Of a stretch of DNA of 64,000 nt, positions 1-9,674 are shown one piece after another (position 1 is the stretch's first letter; the number at the start of each line of letters is the position of its first letter). The notes under the pieces were generated by a model. The model searched no databases. It was not told the origin of the DNA and was given only the letters and a program-made list of their open reading frames with translations. The position numbers were made by a program, and so were the translations under genes. Source of the DNA: Deltaproteobacteria bacterium (GTDB taxonomy: Bacteria > SAR324 > JACQKK01); assembly GCA_029858505.1 (NCBI GenBank), contig JAOUEW010000004.1, positions 2,520 to 66,519 on the forward strand. The letters run 5' to 3'.

Positions 1-80
1 TTTTTTTGCGGCCGGGTTTTTACTCCAATCGTTCATTGTCGTAAGGACCTCTCCGAAACACCCCTCTTCCGTGGGCATCC

Positions 81-305
81 GAACAGCACCTCTCCCCCCT
101 GCCCCCCTCCCCAATCAGGGAGGGGGGATGGCTCGAATCCGAAAGGTGATGCGCTTGCTTCCGTTCGGACTTCACCAACCGAACGGATGAAAAGATAAGC
201 GGAGGAGGGGTGCTTTTTGGGAATCACTCAAAGCCAAAGGGGTATGAGATGGCTTCCGGCTTTCCCCATCGAACGATTGAATACAATCATTGATGGATTC
301 GAGTA
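81..305 (-). repeat. Dispersed repeat locus 1: BoxC-like module B (87-127) plus two module-A copies (131-203 partial, 226-304)
   Basis: GCTCGAATCC at 131; ACTCAAAGCC(226)...GGATTCGAGT(304). Positions 88-142 are the reverse complement of 50648-50703 with one indel. Confidence 0.9.
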
Positions 306-360
306 CAAACCAGCACAAATGGGATTCAGCAGGGAAAAAACCTGGGGAGGGATACGGGTA

Positions 361-1233
361 CTAACCTTGATTCAACGAGTTGTACAACGCGCTGGCCTGC
401 TGGGCTTCTTCCAGCCGGTTGGTTTTCATGTACACCGCCTTGCGGATGGCGTAAATTTCCTTGTTCACCGAATCCAGCTTTTCAGCCCTGTCGAGCAGGG
501 TTAGGCAATCGTTGTATTTTTCCTGAATCATCATCAGTCGGGCCATGGCAATCAGGTTGGGGGCGCTGCGGTCGTTGATGTTCAACGCCCGGTTTAAGAA
601 CCCCATGGCTTTCTCCATCCAATCTTTTTTCTTAACCGGGTCCTGCTCTAACCCCATGCCCTTCAGGCTGGCCATGGCCATGTTGCGGTAGGCCACATCA
701 TACTTGGAGTTCGCCTCAATGGCCGTTTTGAAAAACTCCATGGCCCCCTCATATTGATCCTGCATCAGCATCAGCACCCCCATGTTGTTGTTGGCCAGGG
801 GGTTGGTGGGTTCGGTGGCCAGGGTTTTTACCACCCCCAGTTTTTTCCGCTCGCTCTCTTCTTCTTTTTTCATGTTGAGCATGCGATAGGCCGCCGCCGA
901 CATGATGTACAGGGTTTCGTTCAGGCGGTCCACCATCACGGCTTTTTGCAGAATGGCCAGGGCTTCCTTCACGCTTTGGGTGCCCCCTTTTTGAATCAGC
1001 ATTTCGGCCCAGGCCACATAGGCCGGGATAAAGTTGGGGTCTTTCTCCACCGCCCGGCCAAACATCATGGCGGCCTGGTTAAACCCTTTTTGCTCGGCCA
1101 GCGCCTTGCCGGCTTTCACCAGGGCCGGGGGGGTGTCTCGCTGAAAATACGACATGGGGTTGAGTTTATCCAGAAACGATTTCTGGCTTCCCCCCGTGGC
1201 TCCCGAATTTTTTTGTTGGGTATCGTTGGCCAT
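361..1233 (-). CDS. Tetratricopeptide repeat protein
   Basis: TPR-like helix pairs (AVEKDPNFIPAY, ANNNMGVLML...AIEANSKYDVAYRN). Start placed at MANDTQ (1233). Confidence 0.8.
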   Translation of the reverse strand: MANDTQQKNSGATGGSQKSFLDKLNPMSYFQRDTPPALVKAGKALAEQKGFNQAAMMFGRAVEKDPNFIPAYVAWAEMLIQKGGTQSVKEALAILQKAVMVDRLNETLYIMSAAAYRMLNMKKEEESERKKLGVVKTLATEPTNPLANNNMGVLMLMQDQYEGAMEFFKTAIEANSKYDVAYRNMAMASLKGMGLEQDPVKKKDWMEKAMGFLNRALNINDRSAPNLIAMARLMMIQEKYNDCLTLLDRAEKLDSVNKEIYAIRKAVYMKTNRLEEAQQASALYNSLNQG

Positions 1234-1357
1234 GGGCTGTGGGGGATGGGAGGGGGAACCGCGTTGATGGCGTTTGGGCTGTGAGCAGCCCACGGGGATT
1301 TGGCGGCGCAAACGATATTTTCAGACGGAGGCCCGCCTGGATTTCGAGCCTTATTTT

Positions 1358-1996
1358 CTACATTTCCCCAAGACTTGTCAAAGATTTATCCCCTATTTCA
1401 TACAACGATCCATCGGTGATAAGAGCGTGGAGAGGAATGTCCCAGGTGTCTTGGGGCAGGGGTTCGGCCAGCTGCAGCTGAAAGGCTGCCGCCGCCAACA
1501 AGGGGGGGTTGCCCAGCCGGTTCAGCCGGGCCAAAAAACGGTCGTAATAACCCTGCCCAAACCCCAGCCGCCCCCCTTGGCGGTCAAAGGCCAACCCTGG
1601 CACCACCACCAGCCCGGCATTCATCAGCAGGGCTTCGTCGGCGGGTTCTGCTGGTTCGGGCAGGGGAATGCCATAGGGGCCCGGAATCAACCGGTGGTTG
1701 GGCAAATAGTGTAGGCATTCCAGGCTGTTCCCTGGGCCCACCCGGGGCACCAAGGTGGTTTTGCCCAGGGCCCAGCAGGCTTGGAACAACGGGGCGGTGT
1801 CGGCTTCTTCTGGCAGGCTAAGGGGGGCATGTACCACCTTGGCTTGTAAAAATCCTGACCAGGCGGTGAACCGAGCCCATAACGCTTGGGTGGCTCGGGT
1901 CCGTTCTTCTGGCGGAAGGGCAGCCCGCCGTTGGCGGTATTCCCGGCGCAACCGGGATTTTTCGGCGGCGGTGGAAGACAAGTTTTGGGGGGTCAT
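1358..1996 (-). CDS. 5-formyltetrahydrofolate cyclo-ligase
   Basis: KSRLR N-terminus and VVVPGLAFDRQGGRLGFGQGYYDR motif; overlaps the upstream gene by 4 nt. Confidence 0.92.
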   Translation of the reverse strand: MTPQNLSSTAAEKSRLRREYRQRRAALPPEERTRATQALWARFTAWSGFLQAKVVHAPLSLPEEADTAPLFQACWALGKTTLVPRVGPGNSLECLHYLPNHRLIPGPYGIPLPEPAEPADEALLMNAGLVVVPGLAFDRQGGRLGFGQGYYDRFLARLNRLGNPPLLAAAAFQLQLAEPLPQDTWDIPLHALITDGSLYEIGDKSLTSLGEM

Positions 1997-3675
1997 GGGG
2001 TCACCGGTTCTTCTCCCGCAGGCTCCACCCGGGGGGTGAAAAAATATCCGCCCTCTTCTTCCTCAGGGTAATGGAAGGTGTACCACACCCGCCCTGGCAC
2101 CGGGGTCAGTTCGGCCCGTCCCTCCGCCAAGTTCAACCGGTGGCGGAAGGCCACGGTTAACCCCCGGCCGTGGCCCGCAATACCCAACGCGCTGGGCGGT
2201 TTGCCGCCTTCCCGCAGAAACTTGGGCAGGTGCACCACCCGCCGGTGGTGGCAGTAATCCAGCCGCAGCAGCCCCGCCAGTTCCACCGGGTCCGGCCAGG
2301 GCGGGGCTTCGGCGTTGGTGGAGAACTCCTCCAGCAGGTGGAGATACAGTTCATCCAGCGGCAGAGACCGGCTAAACAGCCCCAGCCGGGCAAACCGCCC
2401 CGCCAGCCGTTGAAATACATCCCAGGTGGGCAGGGCCTGGGCCAGCCGGGCCAGGGTAAACCGGAACCGCCCCGAATTGGCGTAAAGGTTATACACCGCC
2501 TCGAAGCCCTTCAGGTTCACCACCTCTTCGGCGGAAAGATCGTTGTGGCTCAGAAACTCGTAGGGGGGGCGGGATTGCACCCGGTAACCGTGGGCGACCC
2601 GCTGGGCGTTTACCGGGGCCCCCGGCAGAAACTTTAAAAACCCCAGTTGCAGTTCGTGGGGGCCCCAGGCCAGCACCGTTTCAAAACTGCGGCGGATGGC
2701 CGCCAGGTTTTCTCCCGGCAGCCCCCAAATTAAATCGGCGTGAAGATGCACCCGCCCAGCCTGGGCCAGCCGGGCCACTGCCGCCCCCAGGCGGTCTTCT
2801 TGCTGGCGGCGGTTCACCGCGGCTTTCACCGCGGGGTCGGTGGTTTGCACCCCCACCTCGAACTGAAACATGCCTGGGGGCACGGTGTCTAAAAAGTCTA
2901 GCAGGGGGTCGTCCAGCAGCCCCGCCACGATTTCAAAATGAAATTGGCAGCCGGAAAACCCGGTGAGCCATTGAAAGAACGCCAGGGTTTTGGCCCGGTC
3001 CAGGTTAAAGGTGCGGTCCAGAAATTTAATCCGCCGGGCCCCCTGGGCCATCAGCCAGCTCAGGTGTTCCCGCACGGCCTGGTCGTCAAACCTTCGCACC
3101 TGCTTGTCTAAAGAAGACAAGCAAAACGAGCAGCTGTAGGGGCAGCCCCGGCTGGTCTCCAGGTACACCATGCGTTGGTGAATGCCCTCCAGGTCTTCTT
3201 CCGTCCAGGGCAGTTGGGTTAACGGGGGCAGGTCGGTGCCATAGGTTTTCCAGCGGGAGAGTTGTTCTGGGGTGGGGGTTTGGTTTTGGGCCAGGGTGTT
3301 CAGCAGTTCTACCCATTTGCGCTCTCCCTCGCCAGAAATCAGCACGTCGGCCGGGGGCGGGGGGGCGGGGTCAAAACTGACCTCAGGGCCCCCCAGCACC
3401 ACCCAGGTTTCCGGCATCAGGCCCTTCAGCATTTCGGCCAGGGCCAGGGCTTCCTCCCGGTTCCATATGTACACGCTGATGCCCACCACCGCCGGGCGCC
3501 GGGAAAAAATTTCTTGGGCCATCCGCCACAGGGGGGTTTGAATGGTGTACTCGGCAGTCCACACCCCAGAAAACCCCGCCTGCCGGGCGGCGTTCCGCAG
3601 GTAGCGCACCGCTGGAGCCGCGTGAACATACTTGGCGTTCAGGGCCACCAGGCCGATGGAAGCGGATTTGTCCAT
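1993..3675 (-). CDS. B12-binding domain radical SAM protein (DUF4080-type)
   Basis: LNAKYVH, SVYIWN, GGPEVS and ETSRGCPYSCSFC (CxxxCxxC) motifs. Confidence 0.9.
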   Translation of the reverse strand: MDKSASIGLVALNAKYVHAAPAVRYLRNAARQAGFSGVWTAEYTIQTPLWRMAQEIFSRRPAVVGISVYIWNREEALALAEMLKGLMPETWVVLGGPEVSFDPAPPPPADVLISGEGERKWVELLNTLAQNQTPTPEQLSRWKTYGTDLPPLTQLPWTEEDLEGIHQRMVYLETSRGCPYSCSFCLSSLDKQVRRFDDQAVREHLSWLMAQGARRIKFLDRTFNLDRAKTLAFFQWLTGFSGCQFHFEIVAGLLDDPLLDFLDTVPPGMFQFEVGVQTTDPAVKAAVNRRQQEDRLGAAVARLAQAGRVHLHADLIWGLPGENLAAIRRSFETVLAWGPHELQLGFLKFLPGAPVNAQRVAHGYRVQSRPPYEFLSHNDLSAEEVVNLKGFEAVYNLYANSGRFRFTLARLAQALPTWDVFQRLAGRFARLGLFSRSLPLDELYLHLLEEFSTNAEAPPWPDPVELAGLLRLDYCHHRRVVHLPKFLREGGKPPSALGIAGHGRGLTVAFRHRLNLAEGRAELTPVPGRVWYTFHYPEEEEGGYFFTPRVEPAGEEPVTP

Positions 3676-3746
3676 GGAGATTCGCGAAGGGTTGGATTGT
3701 ATTCAGAATATCACGCCATGCCCCTGACTTCATCTGTCCAACCGTA

Positions 3747-3978
3747 GCTCGAAGCCTTCGGTTATTCTGTTCAACCGTTTGGATGAGAAGACCGAACGGA
3801 AGCAGGGCATAACCTTTCGGCGTTGTGTTGTTCCCGAACAGCACCCCTCCCTGGCGGCTTCGCCGCCTGTCCCTCCCCATTCGGAGAGGGACCATGCTCG
3901 AATCCAATGGATTCTGATTTTATCCGTTCGGAATACATGGGCTGGACGGAAGCAGGGCATAACCTTTCGGCGTTGCGT
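3747..3978 (+). repeat. Dispersed repeat locus 2: two module-A copies (3747-3828, 3896-3978) separated by module-B hairpins
   Basis: Both copies share ACGGAAGCAGGGCATAACCTTTCGGCGTTG exactly; left ends are GCTCGAAGCC and GCTCGAATCC. Confidence 0.9.
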
Positions 3979-4109
3979 ACCGGGATGCCCAGGGTCAGGG
4001 TGTTGGTGGGAACTGGCGGCGGGGGGTGTTGTCTTCACAATCTTTCCCATCTCTTTACAAACCTCACTCTTTACCAACCTCACAATCCAAACATCGACAT
4101 ATACCCCGC

Positions 4110-4604
4110 CTAGGGCGCGCCGGTGACTTCCACTTCAACCTGGCCGTTGGTGCGCTTCTTCAGGGTAAAGGCCACGGCAGACACGCCGGATTCTTTGGGG
4201 TTGGAAATCCTCACTTGAACCCGGCAATGGCGGGTCATGCCATCGGTTCCGCCATCGGTGGGGTTTTCCAGCGACACGGTGTATTCCGCCGCGGCTTGGC
4301 GGCCGTATTCAAACACCATCTGATTGTACAGCACCCGTTCCACCAGTTTCTGGCCTTCGGGCAGATCGCAGGGGGGGGCCGCCACCGGGGGGTTGATGAA
4401 AAACACCAAGCTTCCCGCCAAGGCCAGGGCCGCCACCGACACTCCCCCAGTTACCCCCCAGCGGAACCGGGGCTGCTCGCGCCAGCGGGTTTTGTGGGCC
4501 TCCCACAAAATACGCAGGGGGTGGCGGGCCACCTCGTGGGCCACGTGGTCCAGGTCGGAGGGGAGATCGTTGTTGAGTCGCTTGCGGAAGAGTTTCAGCT
4601 TCAC
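4110..4604 (-). CDS. Hypothetical single-TM membrane protein
   Basis: 164-aa ORF with one hydrophobic segment (GVSVAALALAGSLVFFI) and two Cys in the C-terminal domain. Confidence 0.6.
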   Translation of the reverse strand: MKLKLFRKRLNNDLPSDLDHVAHEVARHPLRILWEAHKTRWREQPRFRWGVTGGVSVAALALAGSLVFFINPPVAAPPCDLPEGQKLVERVLYNQMVFEYGRQAAAEYTVSLENPTDGGTDGMTRHCRVQVRISNPKESGVSAVAFTLKKRTNGQVEVEVTGAP

Positions 4605-4743
4605 TGGACCGTTGCTGGGGGGAGGAACATGAACCCGTGTGGCAAAGAGCTAGAGTAAAAGAACATGATATATGACAAAAGTAAAAAAAGGAGTAACAGG
4701 ACACGATAAAAGGGTTCCATTCCCCGGCAGGAATTGCAACCGC

Positions 4744-6132
4744 CTACAACCGATTGATGCCGTTCAGGGCGGCCACCCGGTAGCCTTCGGAAAAGGTGGG
4801 GTAGTTGTACACGCTGTCGATAAAGTATTCGATGGTCCCTTCATGGGCCATCACCGCCTGGCCAATGTGAATCAGGTCCGTGGCGTAGTCGCCCAGAATA
4901 TGCACTCCCAACAACTTCAGGGTATCGCGGTGGAACAGCAGCTTCATCCGCCCGGTGGTGGTGCCCATGATTTGCCCCCGGGCCAGCTCTTTGTAGGTGG
5001 CGGCACCCACCTCGTAGGGAATTTTGGCGCGGGTCAGGTCTTCCTCGGTGGCCCCCACGGTGGAGATTTCTGGAATGGTGTAAATGCCGGTGGGGATTAA
5101 ATTGAAACCGGGGTTATCCACCGGTTTGCCGCAGGCGTGCAGGGCGGCCAGGCGGCCCTGGTGCATGGCGGTGGCGGCCAGGGCCGGAAAGCCGATGACG
5201 TCTCCCACGGCGTAGATGTGGGGCACGGCGGTTTGAAACTGCGTGTTTACCTCCAATTGGTGGCGCTTGTTCACGGTAAGCCCCGCTTTGTCTAGGCATA
5301 GTTCGCGGGTGTTGCCGGTGCGCCCGTTGGCGAACAGCAGGTAATCGCTTTTCAGGGCCTTGCCCGACTCCATTTGGGCGTACACGTTTTCACTGTCATG
5401 CTCCACGCCGGTCAGGGTTTCGCCCAGGCGCAGGCGAATGCCCGCCTCGCGCATCAGGTAGGTGAGCATGTTGGCGATTTCCAGGTCTAAAAAATCCAGC
5501 ACGGTCATGCGGGGGTTGACCAAGTTCACCTTCACCCCCAGGTTGGAAAAAATCGTGGCGTACTCGCAGGCGATGACCCCGGCCCCAATGATGGTGAGGG
5601 TTTTGGGCACCTGGTGCAGGCCCAAGATGGTGTCGGCGTCCAACACCCTGGGGTTGGAGAAATCCAGCCATTCGGGGCGGTAGGGAGAGGACCCCGTGGC
5701 GATGATGATGTGCTCGGCCCGGATTTCCTCCGTGCCGGCCCCCCCGGCCAGGTTCACCCGCAGGGTGTGGGGGTCTTCAAAGGAAGCCACCCCGTTGAGG
5801 TAATCCACCTTGTTGCGCTCCAGGTTGCGTTCCAGCCGGTCGGTGAGAGAGAGGGTGGTGGCCCGGCGGCGGTGCATCAGGCGGTCAATAGAAAGATCGT
5901 GGTCCAACACAATGTTGATGCCGTAAATGGCCCGCTGCCGGGTGAGGGCAATGTATCGAACGCTTTCCCGTAGGGTTTTGCTGGGAATGGTGCCGGTGTG
6001 CAGGCAGCCCCCGCCGGGAAGGTTTTTTTCCACCACCAGCACGGTTTTTCCCAGTTTGGCGGCTTGAATGGCGGCCTTTTCGCCGCCGGGGCCAGATCCA
6101 ATCACCAACAGGTCATAGGTTTTCGCTGCCAT
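4744..6132 (-). CDS. sthA: Soluble (Si-specific) pyridine nucleotide transhydrogenase
   Basis: GSGPGG, GGGCLHTGTIPSK (no redox CxxxxC), GAGVIACEYA and C-terminal YNYPTFSEGYRVAALNGINRL. Confidence 0.9.
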   Translation of the reverse strand: MAAKTYDLLVIGSGPGGEKAAIQAAKLGKTVLVVEKNLPGGGCLHTGTIPSKTLRESVRYIALTRQRAIYGINIVLDHDLSIDRLMHRRRATTLSLTDRLERNLERNKVDYLNGVASFEDPHTLRVNLAGGAGTEEIRAEHIIIATGSSPYRPEWLDFSNPRVLDADTILGLHQVPKTLTIIGAGVIACEYATIFSNLGVKVNLVNPRMTVLDFLDLEIANMLTYLMREAGIRLRLGETLTGVEHDSENVYAQMESGKALKSDYLLFANGRTGNTRELCLDKAGLTVNKRHQLEVNTQFQTAVPHIYAVGDVIGFPALAATAMHQGRLAALHACGKPVDNPGFNLIPTGIYTIPEISTVGATEEDLTRAKIPYEVGAATYKELARGQIMGTTTGRMKLLFHRDTLKLLGVHILGDYATDLIHIGQAVMAHEGTIEYFIDSVYNYPTFSEGYRVAALNGINRL

Positions 6133-6253
6133 GGGGCCTCTGCGATGGGGGGTGAGGGGTATTCCAAAGGTGTCTCTTGTTGTACGCCCATGGGGGGGAA
6201 TTTGGCAAAGCCAGCCCCGCATGGAGAGATAAATTCATGATAGGCTTTTCCCC

Positions 6254-7204
6254 ATGAAACCCAACCTGGAAAAAAGGGTGATGCTGGCCTTGAGAGAGAT
6301 CTCCAGCCAGGGCCCCCGGCTGGACGGCACCGGCTTGGTGCTGGTGAGCGGTGGCTCCGACTCTACGGCCCTGCTGCGGCTGCTGCATGCCCTCACCCCC
6401 CGCTTTGGCTGGGGGCTAGAGGTGGTGCACTTTCACCACGGCTTGCGGCCCGAGGCCGAGGCCGAGGCGGCCTGGGTGGCGGCCCTTGCCGAACGCTTGG
6501 GGCTGCCCTGCCACGTGCGGCGGGGGACCCACTTGGCCGGGCAGCCGGGGCTGCAGGCCCGGGCCCGGGCTTGGCGGCAACAAGAAACCCGGGCCCTGCT
6601 GGCGGAGCGGGGGGCGGCTTGGGCGGCCACCGGCCACCAGGCCGGGGACCAGCGGGAAACCCTGCTGATGAAATGGCTGCGGGGGGCCCACCTGGCCCAT
6701 CTGCGGGGGATGGAGCCTTGGCAGCCCCCCCATCTGCGCCCCCTGCTGGGGGTGGAGCGGGAAACCCTGCGGGAATACTTAACCGGGCTGGGCCAGGGCT
6801 GGCTGGAGGACCCCACCAACCACTCGCCCCGTTACAAGCGCAACCGGGTGCGGAACGAATTGATTCCCCTGCTGGAGGAATTGTGCGGAAACCTGCCCCA
6901 ACGGCTGGAGACCCTGGCGGCTCAAAGCACCCAACTGGAAGCTTGGCTGAACCGCCTGCCGGAACCAGCCCAGGGGGTGGAGGGTGCCCCCTGGGTGTCG
7001 GCTGGGGAGCTGGCCGCCCTGCCAGCCCTGGCCAGGGGGTATCTGCTGCACCGGTTTGTGGAACGCCAGGGGGTGGGTTTGGAGTTCCGCCACCTGGAAC
7101 CGGCGGTGGAACTGCTGGAGACCAACCAGGGGGGCTGGCGGCTAGACCTGCCGGGGGGGCGGTGCCTGAAAAGAGAGCGGGACAAACTGTGGCTGGAGGG
7201 GTGA
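6254..7204 (+). CDS. tilS: tRNA(Ile)-lysidine synthetase
   Basis: SGGSDS PP-loop, HFHHGLR, GHQAGDQRET, EDPTN...RNRVR. Confidence 0.9.
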   Translation: MKPNLEKRVMLALREISSQGPRLDGTGLVLVSGGSDSTALLRLLHALTPRFGWGLEVVHFHHGLRPEAEAEAAWVAALAERLGLPCHVRRGTHLAGQPGLQARARAWRQQETRALLAERGAAWAATGHQAGDQRETLLMKWLRGAHLAHLRGMEPWQPPHLRPLLGVERETLREYLTGLGQGWLEDPTNHSPRYKRNRVRNELIPLLEELCGNLPQRLETLAAQSTQLEAWLNRLPEPAQGVEGAPWVSAGELAALPALARGYLLHRFVERQGVGLEFRHLEPAVELLETNQGGWRLDLPGGRCLKRERDKLWLEG

Positions 7205-8071
7205 CTACTTTTTGGGCGGGCGGTAGAAGCTGGCCAAAATGGCCGCCAATTGTTGGGGGTTTTCGGCGGCGGCGCAGCCCTCGGGGTGGGTGGCAATTTT
7301 GCACAGGGCGGCATACTGGGGGTCGTTGGGAGAAACGTAAAACCCAATGATGTGGATGGTGACCCAGGGCACCTTTCGCCGGGCGGCCTCCACCGCGGCC
7401 AGGGTGTAGGGGCTTTGGCCCCAGTCCTCTCCGTCGGACACCACCACCAACACCGGGAAGCGCTCGCCGGATTTGTACAGGGGCACGTCGGCGGGGTTGT
7501 TGAAGATATCAAGGGTTTTCACCACCGCCATGTACAGGTTGGTGCCAGCGGCGGTGCGGAGGCCCTTTAACCGGGCGCGGAAGTTTGCCCGCACCGGGGA
7601 ATTTTTCTTCCCCAGGGTCACAAACCCCTGGCTGCTCCCTTCTCCCCCTCCCCCTTCTCCTCCCTCCAGGGGGTGGGGAGACAAAATGGAATTGAAGCTC
7701 CACAGTTGCAGCCGGGTTTCCGGCTTCATGTCTTGTTCCACTCCCCGCAGGGCTTCCATGGCTTCGTCTAGCCGGGTGCGGCCCCGGCCGGGAATCTCGT
7801 TCAGCATGGAATCGGAGGTATCCACCAGCAGCACCACGGTGGGGTAGGGCTCGGGGGGGAGGGCGGGCTGGGGGGGCCTGGCGGCCGCGGCCGCGGCCGG
7901 AACCGTGGGCCGGGGAGCGGGCGGATTGGGTTGAGCGGTGGGTGGGGCTTCCCGCACAAACTGGGTGCCCTCTTCGTTCACCACGTCGGGCACAAACACC
8001 TGGGCCAAGGCGGGGCTGCCAGCCAAACAAGCCAGCAGCGCCAGCAGCAGCCCGCGGATGTGTGTGCTCAT
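7205..8071 (-). CDS. Secreted von Willebrand factor A domain protein
   Basis: Signal peptide (ALA-Q), Pro-rich linker, MIDAS DTSDSM, GTNL and VVVSDGED. Confidence 0.8.
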   Translation of the reverse strand: MSTHIRGLLLALLACLAGSPALAQVFVPDVVNEEGTQFVREAPPTAQPNPPAPRPTVPAAAAAARPPQPALPPEPYPTVVLLVDTSDSMLNEIPGRGRTRLDEAMEALRGVEQDMKPETRLQLWSFNSILSPHPLEGGEGGGGEGSSQGFVTLGKKNSPVRANFRARLKGLRTAAGTNLYMAVVKTLDIFNNPADVPLYKSGERFPVLVVVSDGEDWGQSPYTLAAVEAARRKVPWVTIHIIGFYVSPNDPQYAALCKIATHPEGCAAAENPQQLAAILASFYRPPKK

Positions 8072-8271
8072 GAACATGGCTCCAGTGTGTGAATGGCCGG
8101 GTCTTACTCCATTCATTCCAAATCAACGGGCACTTGGCAAGAAAGCCATGGCTTAGGAAAATGGACGTGTCTTAAAAAAAGCCTTGGCTTGGCAAGGAAA
8201 AGAAGGAAAGGGTAGAATTTAGTTGGGGGTTTTCTCCCCGATCCATCACCCTTATCCTAGGTCATGCTCCC

Positions 8272-8823
8272 ATGAAGATTTCTGGCTGGAAAAAGTGGGC
8301 CCTGGCGGCCCTGGGGCTGTTTGTGCTGGGCACTGGCGTGGCGACTCTGGTGGCCGCCCCCAAGCACAACCCCGACCTGCGTAACCAGAACCCCATCGTT
8401 AGCGAAGCGGGGGATAAAATTCTGCGCAAGGCTTGTTTCGACTGCCACTCGAGCGAAACCCACTGGCCCTGGTATTCCAACGTTCCCCCCGTGTCGCTGC
8501 TGGTGGCCTTGCACGTGAAGGAAGGCCGGGAGCATTTGAATTTCTCCAAGTGGGACACCCGCCCCCAAGAGAAAAAAGCCAAACGGCTGCAAAAAGCCCT
8601 GCATGAAATTCGGGAGGGAGAAATGCCCGAGGGGACCTATCTCATCATGCACCCTGAAGCCCGGCTGACCAAGGAAGAAGTGGACACCCTGACCCAGGAA
8701 GTGGCCCGGGTGTATGGTGAGGAATACACCAAGCCCCCCAAGAAAAAGGACCACGATCACAAAGAGGGAGAAGAACACGAGAAGGGTGAAAAACACGAAG
8801 AAGAGGAACACGATGAGGAGTAA
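8272..8823 (+). CDS. Haem-binding domain (Haem_bd-type) cytochrome c with His/Glu-rich tail
   Basis: ACFDCHS, WPWYS..PVS, GREHLNFSKW and EMP motifs. Confidence 0.85.
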   Translation: MKISGWKKWALAALGLFVLGTGVATLVAAPKHNPDLRNQNPIVSEAGDKILRKACFDCHSSETHWPWYSNVPPVSLLVALHVKEGREHLNFSKWDTRPQEKKAKRLQKALHEIREGEMPEGTYLIMHPEARLTKEEVDTLTQEVARVYGEEYTKPPKKKDHDHKEGEEHEKGEKHEEEEHDEE

Positions 8824-8876
8824 TATTTTCTAGCAACCATTTCCCAGTGCTTTCCCTCGTTCGTTTGCATGCGGCT

Positions 8877-8925
8877 AAACACCTCTCCATGGGGTTGATC
8901 AGATCCATGGAGAGGTGTTTTTTTT
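8877..8925. terminator. Bidirectional intrinsic terminator
   Basis: AAACACCTCTCCATGG...CCATGGAGAGGTGTTT inverted repeat followed by a T run, between convergent genes. Confidence 0.75.
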
Positions 8926-9033
8926 CGCCGTCCTACCCACCGGCAACCAACACGTCCGATTTTTTGCTCAGAAATGAAAAGGGGGCCGCAGCCCCCTATC
9001 CACCAGCGAATTCGTGTCTGGGATGCCCGGGGT

Positions 9034-9567
9034 TTATTGGTCGGACCCCCGGGTGACTTGGAAATACAAGGTGCCGCAGTTTTGTAAGATGGCCCGTTGG
9101 CCCTGAGACCACCATTCGCTGCCTCCTCCAGATGTACAACCCACGACAGCGGTGGGGATCCCGTTATGCATTTCATAGATGGAGCCAGATATGGTCCCGA
9201 TACTAAAAGGTGGGGGGGGGGTATCTACTTCCCAGATGTCTCCCCAGCCATTGTTTTTATGATAATGCGCCAAGCCAATCCAGCGGATTTGGGCCCCCAT
9301 CTGATTGACTGCTCCGGTCATCGTGGTAAATGAACTAGTCTGATTAAAAGCCGCCACGTAGGGGTCCTTCCCAAAGGGAGAGTTGGCCGATGGGGCACCT
9401 TCATAAGTAATGGGGGGGGTGGTTCCACCCGCAGAACTTACCACGAAATAATCTTTTTCGTTTCCCCCGCCGCAGCCGCCCAGGGCCAACAGCCCCACCA
9501 ACAGGGCGGCCCCCCAAGCCAACCGGGCCGGTATCGACGGAATAATTTTTAAGTATTTGTTATTCAT
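9034..9567 (-). CDS. Hypothetical lipoprotein
   Basis: Hydrophobic signal followed by lipobox-like LGGC. Confidence 0.6.
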   Translation of the reverse strand: MNNKYLKIIPSIPARLAWGAALLVGLLALGGCGGGNEKDYFVVSSAGGTTPPITYEGAPSANSPFGKDPYVAAFNQTSSFTTMTGAVNQMGAQIRWIGLAHYHKNNGWGDIWEVDTPPPPFSIGTISGSIYEMHNGIPTAVVGCTSGGGSEWWSQGQRAILQNCGTLYFQVTRGSDQ

Positions 9568-9674
9568 GGTCTTCCCGTGAAGAGGACGAACATTGGGAGG
9601 CGTGCCTTGCGAACGCTCCTTTCCATTCTCCTTTTCTTATATCGCCTTTCCGGTCAAGAGTCCAATGTTCCAGG

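Noticed and set aside
3747-3978. CRISPR array (two 30-bp identical stretches about 150 bp apart)
   Set aside because: Only two units, the spacer is too long and made of repeat modules, and no cas genes are present; it belongs to the dispersed family.
9588-9670. 9-bp inverted repeat GAACATTGG...CCAATGTTC as a MITE
   Set aside because: Single occurrence, short, and compatible with chance.
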